From: Mobula hypostoma
Taxonomy: Eukaryota
Direction: 5' to 3'
DNA length: 64,000 bases
Assembly: GCF_963921235.1 (NCBI RefSeq)
Contig: NC_086097.1
Coordinates: 153,514,001-153,578,000 of the forward strand
Shown here: positions 25,449-37,478 of the stretch, in pieces
Numbering within the stretch: the stretch's first letter is position 1
Layout: the number at the start of each line of letters is the position of its first letter
Translations under genes and position numbers: made by a program
Notes under the pieces: generated by a model
Database searches by the model: none
What the model saw: only the letters and a program-made list of their open reading frames with translations
Told to the model about the DNA's origin: nothing

Positions 25449-25951
25449 AGTTGTGACTGATCGAAGTCACCGGAGAGACAGGGAAGCTGGTGAAAAGCCT
25501 TTATTCATCACAACAAGCAGGTATCATTCTGGAGACACTTTCAGCACAGACTCACTAACCCAAATGTCATCGCGTTTTTATACCCTTAAGATCAAAAGTA
25601 ACAGCAGGTGAATTACATATCTGCAGTGGGAGACGCCTTTGAATGTTCAAATACCTTTGCTAATTGCAAGCATCCCTGAACTTATTTACAATGCTTCCAA
25701 TGTTACAATGGTACAAATTCCTTAAACCCATAGTTGCATGGATTGCAGCAGGGCCATTAACACAACCCCATTGTTTTAGCTTTAGACTCATGCATATGCA
25801 AACATCTCATGGTCACCATTTTGCAAAACATATCGCTTAGTCTGTATGTGCTTTTAACTTCAATTTACAATCAACATTAAGTAATGAAGACTGGTTCTTG
25901 TTTTCAAACAATATCTGCTATATTCACATAACCCCAGAATACTCCCTAATA
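25449..25951 (-). repeat. Solo LTR related to the provirus at 51531-58874
   Basis: Shares aagtcaccggagagaca..gaagct and ccagaata.tccctaata termini with the 51531-51950 LTR; AAACA on both flanks (1-nt ambiguity). Confidence 0.8.
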
Positions 25952-26509
25952 AACATCTACCAAATACATGATGTAACTCAGCACATGGCCACTGTCTGAA
26001 ACCAGTTTAGACCTTCAGTATACATCTTCCCTTAATCCCACACACCCGAATACAAATTTATCAGGAAAATGGACCCCAAAAATGTGCTACATCAAAGATT
26101 CATCATGGTTAGTTGCTTCTTAAATTCCTCTGACTGTTGCTGAAAATAAATGAGATTAAGGTACTCTCAGGAGTTATCTTAAGCTCTTGTGGTCAACACG
26201 GAGTGGTGTGTGCAAGAACATCCTCCTGACTCCAAAACCTGATTTCCAAGTGTCATCTCACTAATAAACCAACATTTGATACAATCAGTTTATGCCAGAA
26301 GTTATAGAGTCACAGGGCACAGAAATTTGCTTTGCAGTTTATCCTGTCCATGTTGGCCATTTCTCCTTGTACCTGTATATTGAAATCTCCCATGATTATC
26401 GTAACATTGCCCTTATTACATGCCTTTTCTATTTCCCATTGAGATTTATACCCCACATTCTCACTACTGTACCATTCGCTACATGAATCCCACATCTCCT
26501 CTCACATAT

Positions 26510-27390
26510 ATTCTTGCGGACAGGCTTGCTAAAGCTCTTGGGGAGGCTTTAAACTAAATTGGCAGGGGGTGGGAACTGGGATGATGGGACTGAGGATGGG
26601 GCAGTTGCTATGTAAATCAATGCAGAGTGTAGTGAGACTGTGAGGATGATAGGGCAAAACGGTATTCAGTGGCATTATGTGTGGGGACAAAATTAAGAAG
26701 GGTGATGAATACAGGACTGAAGATGTTATATTTGAATGAATGCAGTTATGGAATAAGGTAGATTATCTTGCAGCGAAATTAGAGATTGGCAGGTATGTTG
26801 GCATCTCTGAGTCGTGGCTGAAAGAAAATAATAGTTGGGAACTTAAAAGGATACTGCTTGTATCGAAAGGACTTGGCAGATAGGCAGAGGGGGTGGGGTG
26901 GCTCTATTGGTAAAAAAATAATTAAATCAAATCCTTAGGAAAAGGTGATATAGGGCCAGAGGATGTAGAATCCTTGTGGGTAGAGTTAAGAAACTGCAAG
27001 GGTAAAAAGACCCAGATGAGAGTTATTTAAAGGCCTCCGAAAAGTAGTGAGGACATGGAGTATAAATCTCAATGGGAAATAGAAAAGGCATGTAATAAGG
27101 GCAATGTTACGATAGTTGTGGGGAATTTCAATATGCAGACACAAGTAGAAAATTAGGTTGGTGCTCGATACCAGGAATGCCGATAATATTTTAGAGCAGC
27201 TTCTAGTTGAACCCACTCGGATAAAGGCAAATCTAGATTGGCTGTTGTGTTATGATCCAGATTTGATTAGGGATCTTAAGCTAAAGGAACCCGTGGGTGC
27301 TAGTGATCATAATATGATAGAGATCCCCCTGCAGGTTTAAAGGGGAAAGATAAAGTATCAATGTTACAGTGGAATAAAGGGAATTATAGC
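26510..27390 (+). mobile_element. CR1 ORF1-end and endonuclease fragment
   Basis: ISESWLKE, GGGVALLVK, VESLWVELRNCKGKKT, GNFN, GASDHNMIE motifs. Confidence 0.85.
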
Positions 27391-27800
27391 AGTTTCTCAA
27401 ATTTCCGGTAATGCCCCCCTTCACTTTTCCCCATCTCCTTTTCCCTCTCTCACTCTATCTCCTTGCTTGCCCATTGCTGCCCTCTGGTGCCCCCCCTTTC
27501 TTTCTTCCATAGTCTTCTGTCCTCTCCTGTTAGTTTCCCCTTTCTCCAGCCCTGTATCTCTTTCACCAATCAACTTCCCAGTACTTTACTTCACCCCTTA
27601 CCCTCCTGTTTTCACCTATCACCTTGTGTTTCTCTCTACCTTCTCTCCACCTTTTAAATCTACTCCTCATCTTTTTTTCTCCAGTCCTGCCGATGGGTCT
27701 CGGCCTGAAACATCAGCTGTACTCTTTTCCAAAGATGCTGCACAAACTGTTGAGTTCCTCCAGCTCTTAGTGTGTGTTTTCTGGATTTCAGCCTTCAGGT
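27390..27800 (+). mobile_element. PLE 3' UTR relic with decayed hammerhead (27683-27717)
   Basis: ttctcaaatttccggtaa ORF end, pyrimidine tract, agtcctgccgatgggtctcggcctgaaacatc. Confidence 0.75.
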
Positions 27801-27864
27801 TTGCCCTCCAGACTTTGCTGACCTCTGGGTATCGACCCTAGGATTCTCGGATCATGCCCTTCGT

Positions 27865-28472
27865 CATGCTTATGGCATGCTTGCCTTCATTAGTCAAAGT
27901 ATCCATTCAGTTCAAGTGCCAAGAAGTTATGTTAAAGTTATGGTGGGGCCACATTTAGAGGATTTAACTTACTTCTGGTTGCTTCAATATAGAAAGTCTG
28001 ATGTGAAGACTTTGTAGAAGGCCCATATCCTGGCAGTTTCGAGAACATGTGATATGAGGGGAGGCTAGACAAGTTATGGCTATTTTCTTTAGAGAGGTGA
28101 AGGCTGAGAGGAGATTTGTTAGAACTTTATAAATTTATGCAAGACATAGAGGAGAGAGCCAGTTATTTTTCCCAGGATTAAAATGTCTAATACTAGTGGG
28201 CCTGTATTTAACATGAGAGGGGGAAAGTAGAAAGGAGATCTATAAGGTAGGGAATCTAAATACAGTGCCAGGAGTAGTTATAGAGCCAGATAGCAGAAGA
28301 ATGTTTAAGAGACTCTTACAGTAAATAGACACATGAACATTCAGAGAAAGGAGGGATATGTTCAATGTGCAGGGAAGAAGATTAGATGATTAGCCATCAT
28401 TGGTTTAATTAGTTCAGTGTAAGATCATGGGCTGAAGGGCAGGTCTTGCACTGTTCTGTTCTATCTTCTATG
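27865..28472 (+). mobile_element. Degraded CR1 3' fragment
   Basis: AYGMLAFISQ..VGPHLE; aggctgagaggagatttg; ttctat tail. Confidence 0.75.
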
Positions 28473-29811
28473 TGCTAAGGTCAAGGGCATTTGAGGAACT
28501 ATGAGGAAACAGGCCTAGTGCTTTTGTGAGCTAGTCAATTCTGTAAGATGAAGAGCGAGTGCAACATGAGAAGAAGGATAAGGCATGGGTTTCCAACATA
28601 TGCAGCTGATTTGGCCCAACAGCTGACCAACAATAATTCCATTGTCGTTCACCTCGCTTCTGCTAGGGAGCACAAAACATGGTCTCCACAGCCATCTGTG
28701 GCAATAAATTCCAAAGATTCACCACCTTCTGGCTAAAGAAATTCCTCCTCATCTTTGTTTTAAAGAGACACTTTAACTTCCCACTTTCATTAGCTCCTGC
28801 TTTCTACAGTATGCACTTCTTTAATTTGCAAGTGAGGGGGAAGTGCTCCAGCAACATAAAATTGTGTTGGGTGATGAGGTAACCACCACTGAACAACTGA
28901 CAGCATATGCAAGATAAAAGGTGTAAGACTTGCAACAGTGTTAAATGTGTAAGGGAATGATGAAACATAATTAGGTGAGGTGTGAGATCTGATTGATAGA
29001 AACCATTGGAAGCTGATCAAAATGGCTGAGGTGAATTGAGTAGCATATGAGGTTGCTGATGTTGTAGTTGATCAATACTATATGAAGGAGCACTCACTAA
29101 TATGTACACTACATTTTTGTTGAGCAACAGCATGTTAATTTTCTTTTAATTCACCTTTTGGAATGTGGACCTCACTACAACCTGAGCACTTACCATCTAC
29201 AGTAATTTCATGGTCAATAAAATAATTACTTCGGTGACAGTAGCTGTACAAACCTATTATTTGCAGTAAAATGAAGATATATTTTATAACCAGTTTATGC
29301 TAAAGAAAATAAAACTCAAAAAAGTAGGCATACTCATTCTGTAATGTAAAAAGAACTGCATTGAATTTGAGCACACCACTACCCCAGAAGCAGTAAAGTG
29401 ATACCCTCTAGACAAATTTTAATAATGTTCATTGAAGAAAAAATTGTAGTGCAATGCATGAGATGGAATAGGCTTTGAATTAACCTCATTGCTTCTGTGC
29501 TGCAATAAAACTTCTTTACGTATTGTGGGTAACCAGCTTCCTAACTGGATGAGCAGTGACGGGACAGTTGAAACATCTCAAGCTTTAAATACTGCATAAA
29601 ATGAAGGATATATATTGTACCATATCTGATACCTTCCAAAAGAAATTTCACTCCAGAGGTTGAACGCGTGGAAGGCAATAGGCCCGGATGGTCCCCAGCT
29701 AAGTTCTTAGATCCTGCGCAGATCAGATATTAGGGGTATTTGCAGACATTTTAACTTCTCCATCCTCCAATCTTTAAGAACTTCTCAACTGCTTTAAGAA
29801 AGCCACTTTTC

Positions 29812-30680
29812 ATAAGACCACTAGACAACGGAGCAGAATTAGGCTCTTCAGCCCACTGAGTCTTTTCCGCTATTCCACTATGGCTGATTTATTACCCCTC
29901 TCAACCTCAATCTTCTTCTAACCTTTGACACCCTTACTAATCAAGAACATATCAACCTCCACCTTAAATATACCCAGTGATTTGATATCCACAGCCACCT
30001 GTGGCAAAGAATTCCAAAGATTCACCACCCTCTGGCTAAAGAAATTCCTCCTCATCTCTGTTTTAAAGAGACATCTTTCTATCCTGAGATTGTGCATTTT
30101 GGTCCTAGACTCTCCCACTATCAGAAACATCCTTGCTCTTCCACTCTACCTAGGTCTTACAGCATTTGATAGGCTTCAGTAATCTCCCTCATTCTTCTGC
30201 ACTCCAGAGAGTACAAGCCCAGAGCCATTAAACACTCCACATATGTTACCACTTCATTTTGTGAACCCTCTCCATTCCGGACCCTCTCCCGTTCCAGCAC
30301 AGTCTCTTGTATGAGGAGACAAAACTGCTCACAATACTCCTACTGCAGCTTGACCATTGCTTTATAAAGCCTTAACATTACGTTCTTGCTTTCTAGTCCT
30401 TTTGAAATAATGCTAACATTGCATTTACTTTCCTTACTTGCACTTCCACATCTTGCAAGTTAATCTATGGGGAATTCTGCACTTGGACTCCCAAGTCCCA
30501 TTATACCTCCAATTTCTGAATTTGTTCCTCCTATAGAAAATAGTCTATACCTTTATTCCTTCTACCAAAGTGCATGACGATACAATTCCCTGAGCTGTAT
30601 TCCATCTGCCAGTGTTTTGCCCATTTTCCTCATCTGTCCAATTTCTTCTGCACATCTTCCTCAATGCTGCCTTCCACTCC
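29812..30680 (-). mobile_element. CR1 3' fragment
   Basis: ORF 29918-30130 GESRTKMHNLRI..FKTEMRRNFFSQRVVNLWNSLPQ. Confidence 0.85.
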
Positions 30681-30684
30681 ACCT

Positions 30685-31105
30685 ACACTCAGTGGTCACT
30701 TTATTAGGTGCCTCCTGTACCTAATAAGTTGGTCACTGAGTTTGTGTTTGTGATCTTCTGCTGCAACAGATCATCCATTTCAATGTTTGATGTGTTGTGT
30801 TCTTCAGCATACAACTGTTGTAACATGTGGTTATTTGAATTACTGTCACCTTCCTGTCAGTCTGAACCAGTCTGGCCATTCTCCTCTGACCTTTCTCATT
30901 AACAAAGCCTCTCTCATCATCACCCAAAGAACTGCCACGTACTGTATCTTTTTTTGTTTACTTTTGCACTATTCTCTGTAAACTCTAGAGATGGTTGTGC
31001 ACGAAAATCCCAGGAGTTTCTGAGATACTTAAACTACCCTGTCTAGCATCAACAATCATTCCTCTGTCAAAGTTATTTTGATCATATTTCTTCTCCATTC
31101 TGATG
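30685..31105 (-). mobile_element. Tc1-derived deletion element beginning with a TIR palindrome
   Basis: actcagtggtcactttattaggt-9nt-acctaataagttggtcactgagt; Tc1 HTH fragment GQRRMARLVQTDRKVTVIQITTCYN. Confidence 0.75.
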
Positions 31106-31109
31106 TTTG

Positions 31110-32770
31110 GACAGTAATGACTCCTTTGTTAGACTACTGTTTATTGACTACAGCTTCCACTTCAATACGCTCATTCCAAAAAAACTCACCTTCAAATTCC
31201 TAGATCTGAGACTCAGTAGTTCTCTTTGCATCTGGATCCTTGACTGCCTGACCAACAGAGCACAGTCAGTAAGGATAGGCAGCAACACCTCTGCCACAAT
31301 TATCCTCAAGACAGTTGCTGCACAAAACTGCATCCCCAGTCCCCAGCTTCACTCACTTTATGCTCATGACTGCATTGTCAGATTTTGGTTGAATTCCATC
31401 TACAATTTTGCAGAGGGCACCACTGGTGTGGACTGAATCTCAAATAATGATGAGTCTGTGTACAGGAAGGAGATAGAGAGCTCAGGGGCACAGATTTTTA
31501 ATCAAATAAAGCTAATCAATAACCTTTCACTCAATGTCAGCAAACAATAGAGCTGACCATTGACCTCAGGAAGGGGGCAGTGCACAGACTTCTGGTTACA
31601 TCAATGATGCTGAAGCTGGAAAGAATTCATGTTCTAGGGAGTAAACATCACCAATGGCCAAGAAACAGACTAACCCCTGTACCTCCTCAGGGGGCGAAAG
31701 TAATCTGGCACGTCCCTTTGGATGTCGCTACTTTTTTTCGATACACCATAGAAAGCAACCTACCCAGATGCATTAGAGCTTGCATAATAACTGCTCTGCC
31801 TGGAGCGCATGTGGACACACCTCAGAACATCACAAAACCAGATTCCTCTCCCAGAACTTTGTCTATAGTTCTTGCTGCCTTAATAAAGCAGTCAGCATAA
31901 TCAAAGAACACACATCAAAGTTGCTGGTGAATGCAGCAGGCCAGGCAGCATCTGTAGGAAGAGGTGCAGTCGACGTTTGAGGCCGAGACCCTTCGTCAGG
32001 ACTAACTGAAGGAAGAGTGAGTAAGGGATTTGAAAGTTGGAGGGGGAGGGGGACATCCAAAATGATAGGAGAAGACAGGAGGGGGAGGGATAGAGCCAAG
32101 AGCTGGACAGGTGATAGGCAAAAGGGGATACGAGAGGATCATGGGACAGGAGGTCCGGGAAGAAAGACAAGGGGGAGGGGGACCCAGAGGATGGGCAAGA
32201 GGTATATTCAGAGGGACAGAGGGAGAAAAAGGAGAGTGAGAGAAAGAATGTGTGCATAAAAATAAGTAACAGATGGGGTTCGAGGGGGAGGTGGGGCCTT
32301 AGTGGAAGTTAGAGAAGTTGATGTTCATGCCACCAGGTTGGAGGCTACCCAGACGGAATATAAGGTGTTGTTCCTCCAACCTGAGTGTGGCTTCATCTTT
32401 ACAGTAGAGGAGGCCGTAGATAGACATGTCAGAATGGGAATGGGATGTGGAATTAAAATGTGTGGCCACCTGGACAGTCTGCATTCTCCCCTCCTCCGTT
32501 GGGCAGAAGATACAAAAGTCTGAACGCACCTCCCACAAGGCTCAAGGACAGCTTCTACACTGCAGTTATTATGCTATTGAATGTTTCCTTGGTATGATAA
32601 GATGGACTCTTGACCTCACAATCTACCTCGCCATGGGCTTGCACCTTAATGCATTCTGCATTCTGTTATTGAGTTCACTTGTATTATTCCATGCACTGAT
32701 GTGATGAAATAATCACTATGGCAGCATGCAAAATAAAGATTTTCACTGTACCTCAGTACATGTGACAACT
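31110..32770 (+). mobile_element. Degraded Rex1-like LINE split by a PLE
   Basis: FVRLLFIDYSFHFNTLIP..SSSLCIWILDCLTNR; LPSSVG..; 3' tail. Confidence 0.8.
31905..32470 (-). mobile_element. PLE 3' fragment with hammerhead motif (31968-32003)
   Basis: ORF 32299-32538 VATHFNSTSHSHSDMSIYGL..RLEEQHLIFRLGSLQPGGMN; highly similar to 243-760. Confidence 0.88.
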
Positions 32771-34522
32771 ATTCAACAAGTTACCTAATTAATTAATTAA
32801 TTTAAGAGAATTCCTTATATTTCTGTGGAATACGCAAAACGCTGGAAGCATTCAGCAGTTCAGGTAGTATCTGTGGAAATGGATAAACAGTCAACGTTTT
32901 GGGCCGAGACTCTTCATCCTTATATTTACGTGGCTTCATGGGGTTCCTTTGGTCTACCCTTGCCCTCTAGTCCTTCAACACTTTGTTCATCAATTTTAGT
33001 TTCTTTAAGTAGTAAGCCCTGCAAAGTTATTCAAAATAATTTTAGCAACATGCTCACTTGAGCAGTCTTTCATGCTCATTGCGACCAACCCTCCAAATCT
33101 CAGAGAGTTAATTTTTGTTAAAACGCTCTTTGTTAGCTTCTTGCTAACCTTCTGTAATTCATTGCTTCTCTAATATCACAGTGTCTCCAATTTGTATTTA
33201 TTCTCAGTACTCCTCCTTAAACATTACACTGTCAAACACCCTGCCCGAGTCTCATCATAGTGGTGTATACCTCCCTGCTTTCAAAATCTCTTAAGAAAAG
33301 GCAGGAGATTTTACCCACCAATTGAAGAACTAAATGCAATTGTGTAGGCACAGGTTTCTATTCAACACTAAATTGGAATTTGACTGTTTCATTCTTGAGT
33401 GATAGCGTCACCCATTATAACAAAGGTCACTGCAGAAAAATAAATCTTCAGTTTTGAAAGAAAATTAATTTAGGCAAATCACAGCATAAGCTAAACTGAG
33501 GACAGCCTATAATATATTTTTTGAAGTTTGCACATTTTGAATGATTTGCAGGCGTATTTATTTGGATGTAATAGTCAGGCATAGCAATAGATGTGGGTAT
33601 AATGCAAAAATGTGTGCATGGGACTTTCTAGGCTTTCTAAGGAGCCAAGCTGGGTTAAAAAAAGGTGTAAAATGGACCTGAGAATTGGCCTCAAAGAAAA
33701 CCATTTCTCAAGAGAACAGTTGCAATAAAAGCAACCAAAGAGCTCCTGAGGAACCAAGGGTGTTAGAAGCAAGGTGATAATGATTCAGGATCTGCAGTCG
33801 GTGGAGATTTGCTGTGTGAATTGCCATCATTGGTTTGCAAGTTGAAAACCTGAGATGTAAGCAGACTGTGATTGTTTGGCAAAGATGATATTATGTGCTG
33901 GGCTGCTAATCTGCTGCAAATTCTTTCATCAGGGTTCAGTTCTCTTGGGTTAAACAGGATGAGATTTACATTTATGGATACTATATTTTCAATTTATACT
34001 ATTGAGCTTTCTAGATAAAGTTACTTGAGAAAGCAATTGTATTGGACACTGATGTTAATTTTTATCAATGGCATAGACTGGTAACATCACTACTACTTGC
34101 AGAATTTCAGAATCCTGCAACACAAATTGTGAATCTAGTCTATATATGTGAAAAAAATGTGCATCATTATGGCTGGTGCAAGGAAATAAAAAAATCGTCA
34201 ATTATTGCAATGAAATAAGCACCATTAAAGTTCTTTTCAGCACTTCCAAAATGGAGTAAGTATTTCATATTCACCTGATTTTGAAAGAGTTTATTCCATA
34301 TTAAAAGAAAAATAATTAGCCACTGGTTAAGTTCAAAGTTGTAATGCATTCAGTATGTCCCTTGTGTCAATAGAGTAATATGCATTGGAAACAGAATATT
34401 TAGGAGAAAACAAAGAACTGTTCCAGGTGGTTTCTCCAAGATTTATCTCTGAATGCATATTTAAGCACCATACACATATGATCAAATATTTCGTACAGCG
34501 ACAGCATACATTTACAGTGATG

Positions 34523-34700
34523 AACATGAGGAAATCTGCAGAGCAGGACATACAAAGTGCTGGAGGAACTCAGCAGGCCAGGTACCGTCTATGGAAGAGA
34601 GTTATGTTTCAGGCTGAGACCCTTCCCGATACGTCAACTGTTTATTCTTTTCCAAATATGCTGCCTGGCCTGCTTGAGTTCTTCCAACATTTTGTATACA
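34523..34700. mobile_element. Fold-back (inverted) PLE terminal relic
   Basis: Arms 34549-34600 and 34646-34698 are imperfect reverse complements; hammerhead remnants between them. Confidence 0.7.
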
Positions 34701-34704
34701 TTTA

Positions 34705-36808
34705 CAGTGCTCTGTAAAAGTATTCGGGCTCTAACCCTTTGTTCACATAACTGAGTATTACAACAAGGGATTTTGATCAATTTAACTAATAATTTTTATT
34801 TGTGTATCACATGCTCCTTTTTCACCATAGAGCCAAAAAAACAGAAAGTTATAAGGTATGAAAAACTCAAAATTCAAAAGCTGAAGTGTCGGCAGTTCAA
34901 AAGTATTCCCCACTCTTTACTCAGTACTTAGTTGAACCACCTCTTGCAGCCATTATAGCCAGTAATTTTTTGGGATAAGTCTCTGTTATATTTGTACAAT
35001 GTGATGGAGCAAGATTTGCCCGTTCCTCCTTGTAAAATCACTCAAACTGTGCCAAGTTAGCAGTCTTGAGGTTTTGCCAGAGATGTTTGATTGGGTTAAG
35101 TTCAGGACTCTGACTGGACCACTCAAGGACATCAGTTTCTTCATTTGAAGCCACTCCATGATTACTTTGGCAGTGTGCTTTAGGTTGTTGTCCTGCTGAA
35201 AGATGAAATTCCTCCCTAGTGTAAGCTTTCTGGCAAGGCTAGCAGGTTTTTACTCAGGATCTCTCTGTGTTTAGCGGCATTCATCTTTCCATCAATACTG
35301 ACCAGATTTACAGTCCCTGTGACTGAAGAGCATTCCTATAGCATGATGCCATACTTTACAGTAGGTATGGCTTGTTAATGCCATACTATGTGATCGTCGT
35401 TAGGTCGCATCTGGAATTTCCAGTTGGCAGACGATTTCCCTTCATGCCGCTCTGTCCCGACACTTGTCCACAACATCCCTAGTCTTGTCCAGCTTTGTCT
35501 AATCCTTGATGTTATCCAGCCACATTGTTCTTTGCCTTCCTCTTCCTTTCTTTCCCTCCACCTTTCCATATAGCAAGTCCGACAAGATGTTATCTCTCCG
35601 CGTAACGTGTCCACGACAAGCAACTTTTAATTTCACAATCTTCGCCAGCAATATCCGTGGTCATCAACTTTGGACAAAACCCTCTCATTTGAAACTTTCT
35701 CTACCCAGCTGATCTTCAACATTCATCAATAGCACCACATTCGAAAAGCATTAATCCGTTTCATTTCATTCTTCTTCAGGTCCGTGTTTCTGATCCATAC
35801 CTCAGTACTGACCATATGTAACACTCGAGGAAATGGATTCTACTTTGGATGTCTACCTTCCGATTGCATAGTAGATCTTTTAGCTTCAAGAACTGGGCCT
35901 TAGCCACACCTATGTGAAGCACACAGTATTAGATTTATGCCACAGGTACTGCTTAGTGTAGAGGCTAAAACATTCCACTTTAGTCTCATCCTACCACAAG
36001 TCCTTCTTCCACATCTTTACAGTATCTTCTAAGTGAAGCTATTCAAAGTCTTTATGGGCAAGGATATGTTTTTTTCAGCCAGGCTTTCTTCCTTGCTACT
36101 CTTCTGTAAGTACCCTTTTTGTGCAAGGGCTTAAAGATCATGAATTCATGAACCTCTTCTCCAGTTGCAACCATTGACTTCTGCAGCTCACTGACAGTGA
36201 CTGTTGGTATCATAGCAGCCTCTCTTACAAGTGCCATTCTTCTCCTGCGACTAAGTTTAGAGGGGTGGCCTGACCCAGGCAGTATGGCTGTGGTTTTATA
36301 TGTTTTCTACTTTTGATAATGGACTGCACTGAGCTCCGAGTTACCTTTAGTGCCTTAGAGGTGGCCTTTTACCTATCCCCAGATTTGACCTTCTCTATTA
36401 TCATTTGCCTGACTTGTCTTGAATGCTCTTTTGTCTTCATTTGGGTTTGCACTGTTAAAAATCTACTATATTACTGGACCTTACAGAAAGAGGGGATATT
36501 TATTCTTATGAATTCATTGAAAAAAGGTGATCTTCCAATTTTCTATATCAACAACTTGGGTACATTGGTAAGGTAATATATTGTGTAGTAATTCCAAAGG
36601 GGGCGAATATATTTTCAATCTCACAATTTTGGTTTCTAACTTCTAGTGAATTGTTGACAGGTTCTGGAATTTTTTCTTTGATTTGACATGATGCACAATA
36701 TTTTGTAGATTAGCTCAAAAGTCCTACTTCAATTGATTTTAAATTTAGAAAATGAGACAGTAAAATATGAAAATAGCTGTGGAGACCAAATACTTATTCA
36801 AGGCACTA
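34705..36808 (-). mobile_element. Tc1-like transposon (second family) with nested RTE
   Basis: TA-CAGTGCTCTGTAAAAGTATT / AATACTTATTCAAGGCACTA-TA; ORF ALVREAAMIPTVTVSELQKS..LHKKG..RVARKK. Confidence 0.85.
35393..35900 (-). mobile_element. RTE-clade 3' fragment
   Basis: Minus-strand GHVTRRDNILSDLLYGKVEGKKGRGRQRTMWLDNI; flanked by ctatgtga direct repeat (35386, 35910). Confidence 0.75.
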
Positions 36809-37478
36809 TATACATACATATATATACACACAAAGATAGCACTTTGGAATAGGGCCATGTTGGTACACACTCCTCACTTCCTCCAAAGAGCTGTTCATCA
36901 AATCCTTGCAGAAATTATCCATCTTTGACCTCCAGAGGAACTAGAAGATGCTACAGTGCAGGAATGAAGTATAAGCAGGTCCAGGGCAAGGCTCACCTGA
37001 TGACTAGTTTCTTCTCATGCCTGAGTGGAAATGCCTCCCCCACATTCCTTACTTCTATTTCACATTGGTTATGCACTCATCTCATATCCAGCTGCATGAT
37101 CTGGCTTTGCCGACTGAGATCAATGGAGTTGTCAAAAAGGCTTAATACAAATCAATATCCTTGATCTGTCTTTCCCCAAGCTCACAAACTCCACCTCCTA
37201 AATCCTACAAGTCTGCAAACCTTATGTGTATATGCAAGGACGCTAAGGCCAATGTTCCCTAACCACTCTCTGAACAGGCCAATAGATATCACATTCTGAG
37301 ATGCTCACCGGCAACACAGCTCCAGCAGCTTTTATTGCATCATTGACACTTTTCAAACGTCTGTTTATCAGAATAAATTAAATGCAGTTGAAATCGATTT
37401 AATAATTAAAAAGATTGAAAAGATAAACTTTTAATATATAATGCATTGATTTAAGTAAGATTCTTTACACCTTGATTA

